This document shows positions 40,862 through 49,753 of a stretch of DNA of 64,000 nt, piece after piece; the stretch's first letter is position 1; each line of letters starts with the position of its first letter. The stretch is from Dehalococcoidia bacterium (GTDB lineage Bacteria; Chloroflexota; Dehalococcoidia; UBA2979): assembly GCA_965262725.1 (NCBI GenBank), contig OZ253555.1, positions 2,784,001 to 2,848,000 on the forward strand, read 5' to 3'. The notes below the pieces were generated by a model. That model was not told the origin of the DNA. It ran no database searches and saw only the letters and a list, made by a program, of their open reading frames with translations. Made by a program: the position numbers and the translations under genes.

Positions 40862-41647
40862 TCACCGCGACGAGCGCCCGACCGTGAAAGCGGAGACCCA
40901 GGCGGGGAAGAAGCCGACCGACTGGGCCGTGCGCCGCGAGGCGACATTGTCGGGCGGAGACCCGTAGTACGGAACCCGTCCCATCTGAAGGACGGCCTCT
41001 GTCACCCGGGACGTCAGGACCCTGCCCAGTCCTTTCCCTCTGTGCCCCACCTTCACGTCTACTCCCAGCTGCCACAGGACATCCGAGTCTGCGGTGGCCG
41101 CAACGACTCCGGCAACCGCATCGCGGCGGACCGCGACCGCAGCCACGGCGACGTGCCGGCCCTGGGCGGAGGCCCGCGCCGATATCGCATTGGGCCAGTC
41201 GGCGTCGACAAGTGATGCCAGCAACTCCGCGCCGCCCACATCGACGGTGTACCCCTCCGGCGTCTCGTGCGCGCGCCAATCCCGGCTCGAGGCGACGCTG
41301 TAGAGGACCGGTCCATGCAGCGAGTAGGAGTAGCGCGACGCCTGCCACGACGCCGCGCCGAGGAGCCCCGGGCTGAACACGGCACCGGGGCCGGCCTCCC
41401 GGAACACCTCCGCCACCCACGGCATCCATGACGGCGTCGCGGAGACGACGGCGCCGGCGCCCGTCGTCGTGATCGCCAGACTGTGCTCGGGACGCGGAAA
41501 CCGCCTCCGCCATCGATCGCCGCCCTGATTCGGCGAGACCTCCGATAGGCGCACGCCACCGGCAGTGAAGTCCCCGGGCTGGCAGCACGCTTCCGCTGCC
41601 AGCGCCGACAGCACGACGTCGAGGGCGTGCGACCGACTGAGAGCCAA
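40862..41647 (-). CDS. GNAT-family acetyltransferase
   Basis: WQLGVDV...HRGKGLG acetyl-CoA motif; NVASRRTAQSVGF. Confidence 0.75.
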   Translation of the reverse strand: MALSRSHALDVVLSALAAEACCQPGDFTAGGVRLSEVSPNQGGDRWRRRFPRPEHSLAITTTGAGAVVSATPSWMPWVAEVFREAGPGAVFSPGLLGAASWQASRYSYSLHGPVLYSVASSRDWRAHETPEGYTVDVGGAELLASLVDADWPNAISARASAQGRHVAVAAVAVRRDAVAGVVAATADSDVLWQLGVDVKVGHRGKGLGRVLTSRVTEAVLQMGRVPYYGSPPDNVASRRTAQSVGFFPAWVSAFTVGRSSR

Positions 41648-41665
41648 CGACCCACCTCCCGCCTG

Positions 41666-42925
41666 CTATGGAGTGACCGCCGCTGACTCCGGGAGACCCC
41701 ACGCCGCAGCGAGCTCCCGCAGCCGCTGCCGCGACGTCACGCTCCGCACCTCGCCGAGGAAGACGGCGAGGGAGCCCATTCGCTCGCGCAGCGCCCGCAG
41801 CTCCTCCCCCAGCGGATCGACCGAGTCCGCGCGCGCGGCGTACGTACCGAACCAGGCGAAGTAGGCCTGGTTGATGCGACGGATCACGATCCCCCCGGCT
41901 GCCAGCTCGTCGCGCGTCTGCTCCATCAGCCGCTCCGCATCAGCGATCCGCCCCTCGGCCAAGAGGTCGTCCACCGCGATGTGAAGCTCCCTCAAGGTCT
42001 CGGCCCGATACGACGCGCGCAGCGCCCGCGCCTCGTCGGGGGGCGCGTCCGACCCGCCTCCAAGCCCGGAACCCTCCGCCGCGGTTGGATCCCCGAAGCG
42101 TTCGAGGACCAAGACGGCCACCTCGTCTCCCACGATATCGGCGACGGTCTCGTTAATCGTGCGCAGCTCCTGCGAGCGGAAGTAGGAGAGACCGAGTGGG
42201 TAGAAGGCAAGGTAGTGGTGCACCCACTCGTGCGCGACGGTCGCAACGGTACCGGCGTAGCTGCGGTCGGCGCTGACCACGGCGGGGTAGAGCGCGATGC
42301 CGCCCGTCCGGAGGGCGACGGCCGAGATCGCCGCATCACCCGCCTCCCGCGCGCGCTCCAGCTCGACCGCCTCTTCGAGCGTCTTCCCGGGGGCCAGCAG
42401 CTCGTCGCCCGCGCGCTCGATGCGGTCGCGGGGGGAGGTGACGAGCACCCACGGCGATAGCGCGAGTTCGATGTCGACCGGGGGAAAGACAGAACCGGGA
42501 AGCGGGATACGCCCCTGGACGCGGAGCTCCCGGAGCACGGCGTCGACCCGCCCCTCGATCGCCGCCTCGACGGCGCCCTCCAGACGGGCGGCCGTCTCGC
42601 CGCGCCGATCGGCGAGCGCGAAGTAGCGCGCGATCGCCACATCCGCCGCGGGGTCATCGCGGAACGGGGCGCCCAGGGCATGCACCCATTTGTTGGGCGC
42701 GCTGGCCAGTTCCCAACGCAGATAGTCGTAGCGCTCGCCCCGACCCTCGAAGCGAAGGGCGAGCAGAGCGGTCCACAGGAGGGCGGCGGCTATGGCCACC
42801 GCAGCAGCGACCACGACCGCTCTCGTCCCCCGCCGCCCGCTCGCGCGACCGCCCCCGGGGACGACCGGGGCGTCGCCGGCGGGGCCTCGACGGGCCGGGT
42901 GAGCGGGGCGCTGCTTCTCTCCCAC
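41666..42925 (-). CDS. Membrane-anchored hypothetical protein, putative zinc metallopeptidase
   Basis: N-terminal TM; AHEWVHH (HExxH) followed by INETVAD. Confidence 0.55.
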   Translation of the reverse strand: MGEKQRPAHPARRGPAGDAPVVPGGGRASGRRGTRAVVVAAAVAIAAALLWTALLALRFEGRGERYDYLRWELASAPNKWVHALGAPFRDDPAADVAIARYFALADRRGETAARLEGAVEAAIEGRVDAVLRELRVQGRIPLPGSVFPPVDIELALSPWVLVTSPRDRIERAGDELLAPGKTLEEAVELERAREAGDAAISAVALRTGGIALYPAVVSADRSYAGTVATVAHEWVHHYLAFYPLGLSYFRSQELRTINETVADIVGDEVAVLVLERFGDPTAAEGSGLGGGSDAPPDEARALRASYRAETLRELHIAVDDLLAEGRIADAERLMEQTRDELAAGGIVIRRINQAYFAWFGTYAARADSVDPLGEELRALRERMGSLAVFLGEVRSVTSRQRLRELAAAWGLPESAAVTP

Positions 42926-43012
42926 ACGTCGAGCGTAGCGCGGAGGCGCTCGACGGATACGGTGCCGAGCGCTCGTATCGTCGGGTCCGCCCGGTGGCGT
43001 AGAGTAGCCTCA

Positions 43013-43552
43013 ATGCCGACCCCGCCTGCGGAACCGGGCCGTTCGCGGATCCTCGCGGCCGCCGCGATCGACGGCGTGCTGCTCGCCGCCCTCCACGCGG
43101 GCGCCCTCCTGCTCGCGACGGCATGGCTGCTGGCGCGATCCGGGCTCGGGCGCCTCGATGTCGGCAACATGGATGCCGCCGTCGCGCTCGCGGTCGCCGG
43201 AGCGGTGGCTCCCGCCTGGATCGCCTGGACGCTACTCGCCGCCCGCTGGCAGCTGGCCACGCCCGGACAGAGGGTCGCCCGGATCCGCCCCGTCCCGGCC
43301 GACGGCGCGACCCGCGGCGCTCTATACGTGCGGGCTGCGACGGCGCCGCTTTCGCTTCCGGGCTGGCTCTGGGCGGCGGCGACGCCGCTTCTCGCCGGCC
43401 TGCCGGCGTGGCTGGCGCTCCCGCCGCTGCTGGGAGCAACGGGCGTCGCGGTGACCGGGCTCGGATCGCTGGGCGTGCTGCTCGTCAGGCCGCGCGCTCG
43501 GCTGCTGCACGACCGGGTGGCGCGCACGACGCTGGTCGCGGTCGGGCCATGA
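43013..43552 (+). CDS. RDD-family membrane protein
   Basis: R.LAAAIDG, TPGQRVARI and LLHDRVART motifs. Confidence 0.7.
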   Translation: MPTPPAEPGRSRILAAAAIDGVLLAALHAGALLLATAWLLARSGLGRLDVGNMDAAVALAVAGAVAPAWIAWTLLAARWQLATPGQRVARIRPVPADGATRGALYVRAATAPLSLPGWLWAAATPLLAGLPAWLALPPLLGATGVAVTGLGSLGVLLVRPRARLLHDRVARTTLVAVGP

Positions 43553-44610
43553 GTGATCCCCCCCGGCAGCAGCACTTCGACTTCGGCGACGACGAGGTCG
43601 AGGGGGACGACGACGGAGCGACGGCCGCGCCTGAGACACCCGCGGAGGGGCCACCCGAAGGGGTCGCGCCCGCGCCCGACTCATCCGACCCCGCCGACCG
43701 GCCCGCCCCGGTGGTCACCGAGGACGGCGAGTACTGGTTCCCGCGCCGGGACGAGGAGATGGTCCCACGCGAGCTGCGCTCAGAGCGCTGGCTCGGGATG
43801 CGCAACGCCGCCGCATGGATCGCAGCCGTGGCGCTCGGCGGTCTCGCGGCGGCCGCACTCGTGGCGCACTCCGTCGTTCAGGCCACGAGCGATGAGGTCG
43901 CGCGGCCGGCGTTGAGGAACGCGATCAACGCGATCGCAGAGCCCGAGGCGCTCATCGATCTCCACTTCGAGCGCGTCGTGGAGGCCGCGACCCGCGCCGC
44001 GCCAGGCGAGGACGTCGTCGTACCGGGATATGCGGTCGTGGGCGTCGCGCTCACCGCGGAGGAGGCTGCGAGCGGGGATCGTGCACGGATGCGCGATGCT
44101 CTGCTGGAGCGCAGCGTCACGCTCGTCCGGGCCCAGGGCCGGCGCGCGCTCGCGGAGAGGGGGATCGCGCCGCCGGTGCGCGATCGGTTCTCCACGGCCG
44201 GCGCCGTCGCCGCCCTGCTGGACGGACTCACCACGGCGACCCACGAGAACTGGGCGGACTGGAGAACGAGGCTTGTAGTGGCGGCGGCGGTGCTCGGCGT
44301 CGCCGTGGCCGCACTGCCGCGTGGCTTCAACGGCGTCCTCGGGCTCGGGGCGGCCCTGCTCGGGGCGGGTGTCCTCGTGGCCGTTGGCTCGCTGGTGCTG
44401 CGCGTCGCGCTCTCCGCCGCGAGCGTCGAGGGCGCCCTTCTCGACGAGTACCTGCGGATCGGGCGCGACCTGACTCTCATCCCGCTGCGGAATGGCATCG
44501 TGCTCGGCGCTGCGGGAGCGGTTCTGGTGTTGCCGGCGGCGATGCTGCGAGCCTTCTTCGAGCGCTCAGAAATACGTGCGCCGCCGACCACTGCCGGCGG
44601 AGCGGGGTGA
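43549..44610 (+). CDS. Hypothetical membrane protein with acidic N-terminus
   Basis: ATGA overlap with the RDD gene; about 4 hydrophobic segments. Confidence 0.55.
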   Translation: MSDPPRQQHFDFGDDEVEGDDDGATAAPETPAEGPPEGVAPAPDSSDPADRPAPVVTEDGEYWFPRRDEEMVPRELRSERWLGMRNAAAWIAAVALGGLAAAALVAHSVVQATSDEVARPALRNAINAIAEPEALIDLHFERVVEAATRAAPGEDVVVPGYAVVGVALTAEEAASGDRARMRDALLERSVTLVRAQGRRALAERGIAPPVRDRFSTAGAVAALLDGLTTATHENWADWRTRLVVAAAVLGVAVAALPRGFNGVLGLGAALLGAGVLVAVGSLVLRVALSAASVEGALLDEYLRIGRDLTLIPLRNGIVLGAAGAVLVLPAAMLRAFFERSEIRAPPTTAGGAG

Positions 44611-44750
44611 AGTGGGGGACGAGAGCGGTGGCGGCGACGGCGCCCCGGCGGGCCGTCGCCCGGCGCCGGTTGACGGGTGCGCGGGCGGGGGATAGCGTCC
44701 CGTGTCGCGCCGTGGGCGCCCATCACGACGCCCCACCCGGAAGGTCCCGC

Positions 44751-45842
44751 ATGCTGCGCAACCCGCGCACCTTCGTCGAGCCACTCGCGATCGGGGCACC
44801 GGCGCCGCCTCGCGAGATCCCGGCGCGGCCGATGCGGATGGTCCACTTCTTCGACCCGAGCCACCCGCGAATGCGCGCGCGCATTCCGCAGATCATCCCC
44901 CAGGTGGATGTCCTCCTCGGCAACCTGGAGGACGCGATCGCCGCCGACAAGAAGGATGAGGCTCGCGCCGGGTTGATCGAGATCGCGCGCGAGAACGACT
45001 GCGGCGACACCGCGCTCTGGACCCGCGTCAACAGCCTCGACTCGCCGTGGTTCCTCGACGACATCACGGAGCTCGTCGCGACGATCGGCGACCGGCTCGA
45101 CGTGATCATGCTCCCCAAGGTGAACGGCCCGTGGGACATCACCTTCCTCGACCAGCTGTTGGCGCAGCTCGAGGCGAAGCACGCCATCCGGAAGCCACTG
45201 TTGGTGCACGCCGTCCTAGAGACAGCGATCGGCGTCGCCAACGTCGAGGAAATCGCCACCGCCAGCCCGCGCATGCAGGGGATGAGCCTTGGCCCCGCGG
45301 ACCTCGCCGCGTCGCGACGCATGAAGACGACGCGGGTCGGTGGCGGGCACCCGGGTTATGTCGTGCGGAGCGATCCCGACCCCGCAGACGCCGACGCGCC
45401 TCGGCCGACCGCGCAGCAGGATCTATGGCACTACACCATGGCGCGCATGGTGGACGCCTGTAACGCGGCGGGCTGCTACCCGTTCTACGGCCCCTTCGGC
45501 GACATCGCCGACCCCGTGGCCTGTGAGGATCAGTTCCGGAACGCGTTCCTGATGGGATGCGTCGGGGCGTGGTCCATCCACCCGAGCCAGATCGAGATTG
45601 CCAAGCGCGTCTTCTCCCCGCCCGCAGACGAGGTCGCCTTCGCACGCCGCATCACCGAGGCGATGGGCGACGGCTCCGGCGTGATCATGCTCGATGGAAA
45701 GATGCAGGACGATGCGACCTACAAGCAGGCGCAGGTCATGCTGACCACCGCGCGCCGGCTCGCCGAGCGAGACGCCGAGCTCGCCGCGCTCTACGGTTTC
45801 GAAAGCGGCTCCGGCGGGGGCGACGCCGCCCCGCAGGGCTAG
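44751..45842 (+). CDS. mcl: L-malyl-CoA/beta-methylmalyl-CoA lyase, Chloroflexus type
   Basis: [60 protein letters not shown], co-linear with C. aurantiacus Mcl as recalled. Confidence 0.88.
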   Translation: MLRNPRTFVEPLAIGAPAPPREIPARPMRMVHFFDPSHPRMRARIPQIIPQVDVLLGNLEDAIAADKKDEARAGLIEIARENDCGDTALWTRVNSLDSPWFLDDITELVATIGDRLDVIMLPKVNGPWDITFLDQLLAQLEAKHAIRKPLLVHAVLETAIGVANVEEIATASPRMQGMSLGPADLAASRRMKTTRVGGGHPGYVVRSDPDPADADAPRPTAQQDLWHYTMARMVDACNAAGCYPFYGPFGDIADPVACEDQFRNAFLMGCVGAWSIHPSQIEIAKRVFSPPADEVAFARRITEAMGDGSGVIMLDGKMQDDATYKQAQVMLTTARRLAERDAELAALYGFESGSGGGDAAPQG

Positions 45843-45857
45843 GCGGCGGGAAGAGCG

Positions 45858-47072
45858 ATGCGCTTCTACGAGTTTGAGGCGAAGCAGCTGCTGCGGCGGC
45901 GCGGCGTTCCGCTCCCCGGAAGCCGGCTCGCGCACACGGCCGACGAGGCCGCGGATGCGCAGCGCGCGCTCGGCGGCCCGGTTGTCCTCAAGTCGCAGGT
46001 ACTCAGCGGCGGCCGCATGAAAGCGGGCGGCGTGCGCTTCGCCGATACCGCCGAGGAGGCCCGCAGCGCCGCCGAGGCCATCCTCGCGCTCTCGATCAAC
46101 GACCAGCGCCCCACCGGCGTGCTGGTCGAGCAGAAGGGCGAGATCGCGCAGGAGTACTACGCCGCCGTGACGTGGGACGGTCGAGCGAAGCGCCCCGTCA
46201 TCATCTTCAGCGACATGGGGGGCATCGACATCGAGGAGGTCGCCGAGACACACCCCGATCACCTCTCCCGCACGCACCTCTCGACCCTGCGCCCGCTCTC
46301 CGACTACCAGGCGAAGCTCGCCGTCGCGCGCACCGGCGTGACCGGCGGCGACCTCAACCGCCTCGGCCGCATCGTGCTCCAGCTCGCGCGCGCCTTCCGC
46401 GAACACGACCTGACGCTGGCGGAGATCAACCCGATCGGGAAGCTCACGGACGGCAGCATCCTCGCTCTCGACGCGCACATGGAGATGGAGGCGGAGGCGC
46501 GCGGCACGCACCGCGCCCTCCTCGCCGAGCTCGGGATCCCCGAGCACGACACCCGCCAGGCGCGTCCGCCCACCCCCTTCGAGGTCGCGGGTGCCCGAGT
46601 GGACGCCCAGGACACCCGCGGCGTCGCCGGCAACGTCACCGAGTTCTCGGGCACGCTCGGGCTCGTGATCGGGGCGGGCGGCGGCTCGCTCACCCTCTTC
46701 GACGCGGTGCGCGCCGCCGGCGGCGACCCCGCGAACTACTGCGAGGTCGGGGGCAATCCCTCGGTGCGCAAGACGGCCGCCCTCACGCAGCTCATCGTCT
46801 CGAAGCCGGGCGTAGACAAGATCGCGGTGATGATGAACGTCGTCTCCAACACCCGGGTCGACATCATGGCGCGCGGCGTGATCAAGGGGGTGATCGACGC
46901 CGGATTCGACCCGGCCGAGAAGATCGCGATCTTCCGCATCCCCGGCTCCTGGGAGGAGGAGGGCTTCGCCATCCTCAGGCGCTACGGCGTCGAGTACGTG
47001 GACCGGTCGGTCTCGATGCACGAGGCGGCGAGGCGCGCCGTCGCGAAGCTCGCTCGACCGGACGGGGGCTAG
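45858..47072 (+). CDS. ADP-forming acyl-CoA ligase beta subunit (SucC/MtkA-like, ATP-grasp)
   Basis: YEFEAK, VVLKSQVLSGGRMKAGGV, GGIDIEE, EINP, PANYCEVGG. Confidence 0.85.
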   Translation: MRFYEFEAKQLLRRRGVPLPGSRLAHTADEAADAQRALGGPVVLKSQVLSGGRMKAGGVRFADTAEEARSAAEAILALSINDQRPTGVLVEQKGEIAQEYYAAVTWDGRAKRPVIIFSDMGGIDIEEVAETHPDHLSRTHLSTLRPLSDYQAKLAVARTGVTGGDLNRLGRIVLQLARAFREHDLTLAEINPIGKLTDGSILALDAHMEMEAEARGTHRALLAELGIPEHDTRQARPPTPFEVAGARVDAQDTRGVAGNVTEFSGTLGLVIGAGGGSLTLFDAVRAAGGDPANYCEVGGNPSVRKTAALTQLIVSKPGVDKIAVMMNVVSNTRVDIMARGVIKGVIDAGFDPAEKIAIFRIPGSWEEEGFAILRRYGVEYVDRSVSMHEAARRAVAKLARPDGG

Positions 47073-47076
47073 CCGC

Positions 47077-47979
47077 GTGTCGATCCTCATCGACCGCGAG
47101 AGCACGTTCATCATCCAGGGGATCACGGGCCGCGAGGCCGTGACGATGGCCAGAGAGCTCCTGGACTACGGCGCGAAGTTGCTGGGCGGCGTCACGCCCG
47201 GGCGCAAGGGGCGAGAGGTGCACGGCGTTCCCGTGGAGGACACGGTGCGGGCGTTCACGGAGCGGACGCGAGTGGACGGCTCCATCGTCGTGGTCCCGCC
47301 GGCGTTCGCCGCCGACGCCGTGCACGAGGCCATCGAGGCCGGCGTGAAGCTGATCGTCGTCGTGACCGAGCGCATCCCGCGCAGGGAGGTCGCGGAGTTC
47401 GTGGAGCACGCCGAGCAGGAGGGCGCCCGCGTCATCGGCCCCAACTGTCTGGGTATCATCTCGCCGGGGAAGTCGCGGATGGGAGGGATCGGCGGCTCGG
47501 CGGACGCCACGCGCCGAGCCTTCCATCCGGGATCGGTCGGCGTGATGTCGCGCTCCGGCGGGATGACGGTCGAGATCGCGAACGCGCTCTCTCAGGCGGG
47601 GCTCGGCATCTCGACGGCGTGCTCAATCGGAGGCGACGCCATTATCGGCTCCACCTACGCCGAGCTCATGCCGCTCTTCGAGGGGGACCCGGAGACGCAG
47701 GGGATCGCCATTTACAGCGAGCCGGGCGGGCGCGCGGAGGCGGCGCTCGCCGAGTACATGGAGGCCGTCTCCTCGCGCCTTCCCGTGGTGGCCTTCATGG
47801 CCGGTCGCTTCATGGACGCTATGCCGGGGATGCGCTTCGGCCACGCCGGGACGATCGTGGAGGGACGCGAGGACACGACCGCGGAGAAGATCGAGCGCAT
47901 GGAGCGAGCCGGGATCGCCGTCGCCGACCGGATCGAGCACATCCCCGCGCTCCTGCGCGAGAGGATGGGCGCACGCTGA
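47077..47979 (+). CDS. ADP-forming acyl-CoA ligase alpha subunit (SucD/MtkB-like)
   Basis: IQGITG, IGPNCLG, SRSGG, IGGD, phospho-His motif FGHAG. Confidence 0.88.
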   Translation: MSILIDRESTFIIQGITGREAVTMARELLDYGAKLLGGVTPGRKGREVHGVPVEDTVRAFTERTRVDGSIVVVPPAFAADAVHEAIEAGVKLIVVVTERIPRREVAEFVEHAEQEGARVIGPNCLGIISPGKSRMGGIGGSADATRRAFHPGSVGVMSRSGGMTVEIANALSQAGLGISTACSIGGDAIIGSTYAELMPLFEGDPETQGIAIYSEPGGRAEAALAEYMEAVSSRLPVVAFMAGRFMDAMPGMRFGHAGTIVEGREDTTAEKIERMERAGIAVADRIEHIPALLRERMGAR

Positions 47980-48206
47980 TGCCGGACGGGCTCTTCATCC
48001 GCGTCGACATCGCCGAGTCGGTCCAGAAGGACCCGGAGCTCGTACAGCGCCTGATCGAGGTCTGTCCCGTCGACATCTTCGATCGGGCGGAGGGGGGTGG
48101 CGTGACGACGGTGACGGCGAACCTCGACGAGTGCACCCTCTGCGACCTCTGTATTCAGGCCGCGGGCGACGACCGCGTCCGAGTGGTGAAGCTTTACGCG
48201 GAGTAG
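47979..48206 (+). CDS. Small ferredoxin-like protein
   Basis: VCPVDIF and CTLCDLC; TGATG overlap with the ligase alpha gene. Confidence 0.75.
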   Translation: MPDGLFIRVDIAESVQKDPELVQRLIEVCPVDIFDRAEGGGVTTVTANLDECTLCDLCIQAAGDDRVRVVKLYAE

Positions 48207-48215
48207 GGGGCGACG

Positions 48216-48737
48216 ATGGCGACGATGCTGATCTCCGAGTCGATGGCGGACGGGCTCTCGCTCCAAGTGGGGCGGGAGTTCCAGGCCTCCCTCCAGTACG
48301 AGATGCTCGCGGCCTACTTCGAGCGAGAGGCGCTCCCCAATCTCGCCGCCCGCTACCGCGGGCAGGCCGAGGAGGAGCGGAGTCACGGACTCAAGCTGAT
48401 CGCCTTCCTCAACAACGCGGGCGCCATCGTCCGCATCCCCGCGATCGAGGCCGGGCAGGCCGAGTTCTCCTCACCCATGGAGGCGCTTGAACTCGCGCTG
48501 ACGAGCGAGACCGAGGTCACGAAGGCGATCAACACGCTGATGGATCTCGCCCTCGAGGAGCACGATCACATGTCGCGCGGCCTGCTCCAGTGGTTCGTCG
48601 ACGAGCAGCTCGAGGAGGTCGCAACCGCCGATGCGCTCGTGATCGTCGCCCGGCGCGCCAGCGGCGACCTCCTCTACCTCGAGCAGTACGTCGCGGGGCT
48701 CCCTGCGCCCGGCACCGAGGCCGACGCCCCGGCTTAG
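48216..48737 (+). CDS. Ferritin (non-heme)
   Basis: E..ASLQY, QAEEERSH, E.EVTKAI, LQWFVDEQLEE ferroxidase residues. Confidence 0.88.
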   Translation: MATMLISESMADGLSLQVGREFQASLQYEMLAAYFEREALPNLAARYRGQAEEERSHGLKLIAFLNNAGAIVRIPAIEAGQAEFSSPMEALELALTSETEVTKAINTLMDLALEEHDHMSRGLLQWFVDEQLEEVATADALVIVARRASGDLLYLEQYVAGLPAPGTEADAPA

Positions 48738-48996
48738 GCAGCAGCCGGCGCCCGCACCTGGTCTGATCTCTCGCAGGAGGCCGTCTCGCATCGACCCGGC
48801 AGCGCCGTAGCGGAAGCGACGACGACCTCATGAGGGCCCTGCGTCGAGGGAGAGCGGGTCGACGAGGAACTCATGGTGCTCCGTCCGACGGGAGAGCGGT
48901 AGGAGCACTCACACCGCGGCCGCTCCCTCCCACGCCCGGGCGGCCAGAGGTCGACGCGACTCGCGCTACGCTCGCGCGCAGTGAGAGCGGGACGAA

Positions 48997-49308
48997 TCAG
49001 AGCGCGCCGTCTCCCGTCGCCGACGGTGGCGGTGGCGGTGGCGGTGGCGAGATCGTCGGGCGGCCGTGCATCGCGATCTCCGTGTCGCGCTCCTGCCGGC
49101 GCAATGCCTCACCCGAGCAGCCGCGCGCACGCAGCTGACGCTCGAACATCTCGCGCTCGTGGCGGGCCGCCAGGAGTTCCGCGCGGCCGAAGCGGCCGCT
49201 CGTGTCGACGACGACCGCGTGGTACCGGCGCCACTCGCGGTAGAGCTCGGCACACCTCTCGTCGTGCTCGTGGCCGGGAGCGACGGACGGCTCCTCCGCC
49301 ACGGTCAT
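48997..49308 (-). CDS. Hypothetical small protein with poly-Pro tail
   Basis: ATGA overlap with the rpiB stop; GGAGG upstream. Confidence 0.55.
   Translation of the reverse strand: MTVAEEPSVAPGHEHDERCAELYREWRRYHAVVVDTSGRFGRAELLAARHEREMFERQLRARGCSGEALRRQERDTEIAMHGRPTISPPPPPPPPSATGDGAL
49025..49048. repeat. (GGTGGC)4 hexamer tandem repeat encoding poly-Pro on the minus strand
   Basis: Seen directly. Confidence 0.8.
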
Positions 49309-49745
49309 CCCCCTCCGGCGGGATCGATCTGCGCGATGCGCCGGGCGTGGCGTCCGCCATCGAAGGTGGTCCCCAGCCACATGTCGACGATCGCGACCGC
49401 GAGTTCCTCGCTCACCATTCGCTCGCCGATGGAGATCACGTTGGCGTCGTTGTGACGCCGCGCGAGCTCCGCCGCCTCGACGCTCCAGCACACAGCGCAG
49501 CGAATCCCCCGGAGCCGGTTCGCGACGATCGCCTCGCCGTTGCCCGAGCCGCCGAGCACGATGGCGCGCTCGCACTCGCCGCGTGCCACCGCCCCGGCCG
49601 CCGAGCGGATGAAGGGCGGGTAGTCGACCTCCTCCGCCGAGTTCGTCCCCATGTCGACGACATCGTGCCCGGCCGCCTCGAGGTGGCGACGGATCGTCTC
49701 CTTGTGGCGGTAGCCCGCGTGGTCGGAGGCGACGGCGATGCGCAT
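49305..49745 (-). CDS. rpiB: Ribose-5-phosphate isomerase B
   Basis: SDHAG, VDYP, GGSGNGE, ARRHNDAN, FDGGRHARRI. Confidence 0.93.
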   Translation of the reverse strand: MRIAVASDHAGYRHKETIRRHLEAAGHDVVDMGTNSAEEVDYPPFIRSAAGAVARGECERAIVLGGSGNGEAIVANRLRGIRCAVCWSVEAAELARRHNDANVISIGERMVSEELAVAIVDMWLGTTFDGGRHARRIAQIDPAGGG

Positions 49746-49753
49746 TCGCCGCG

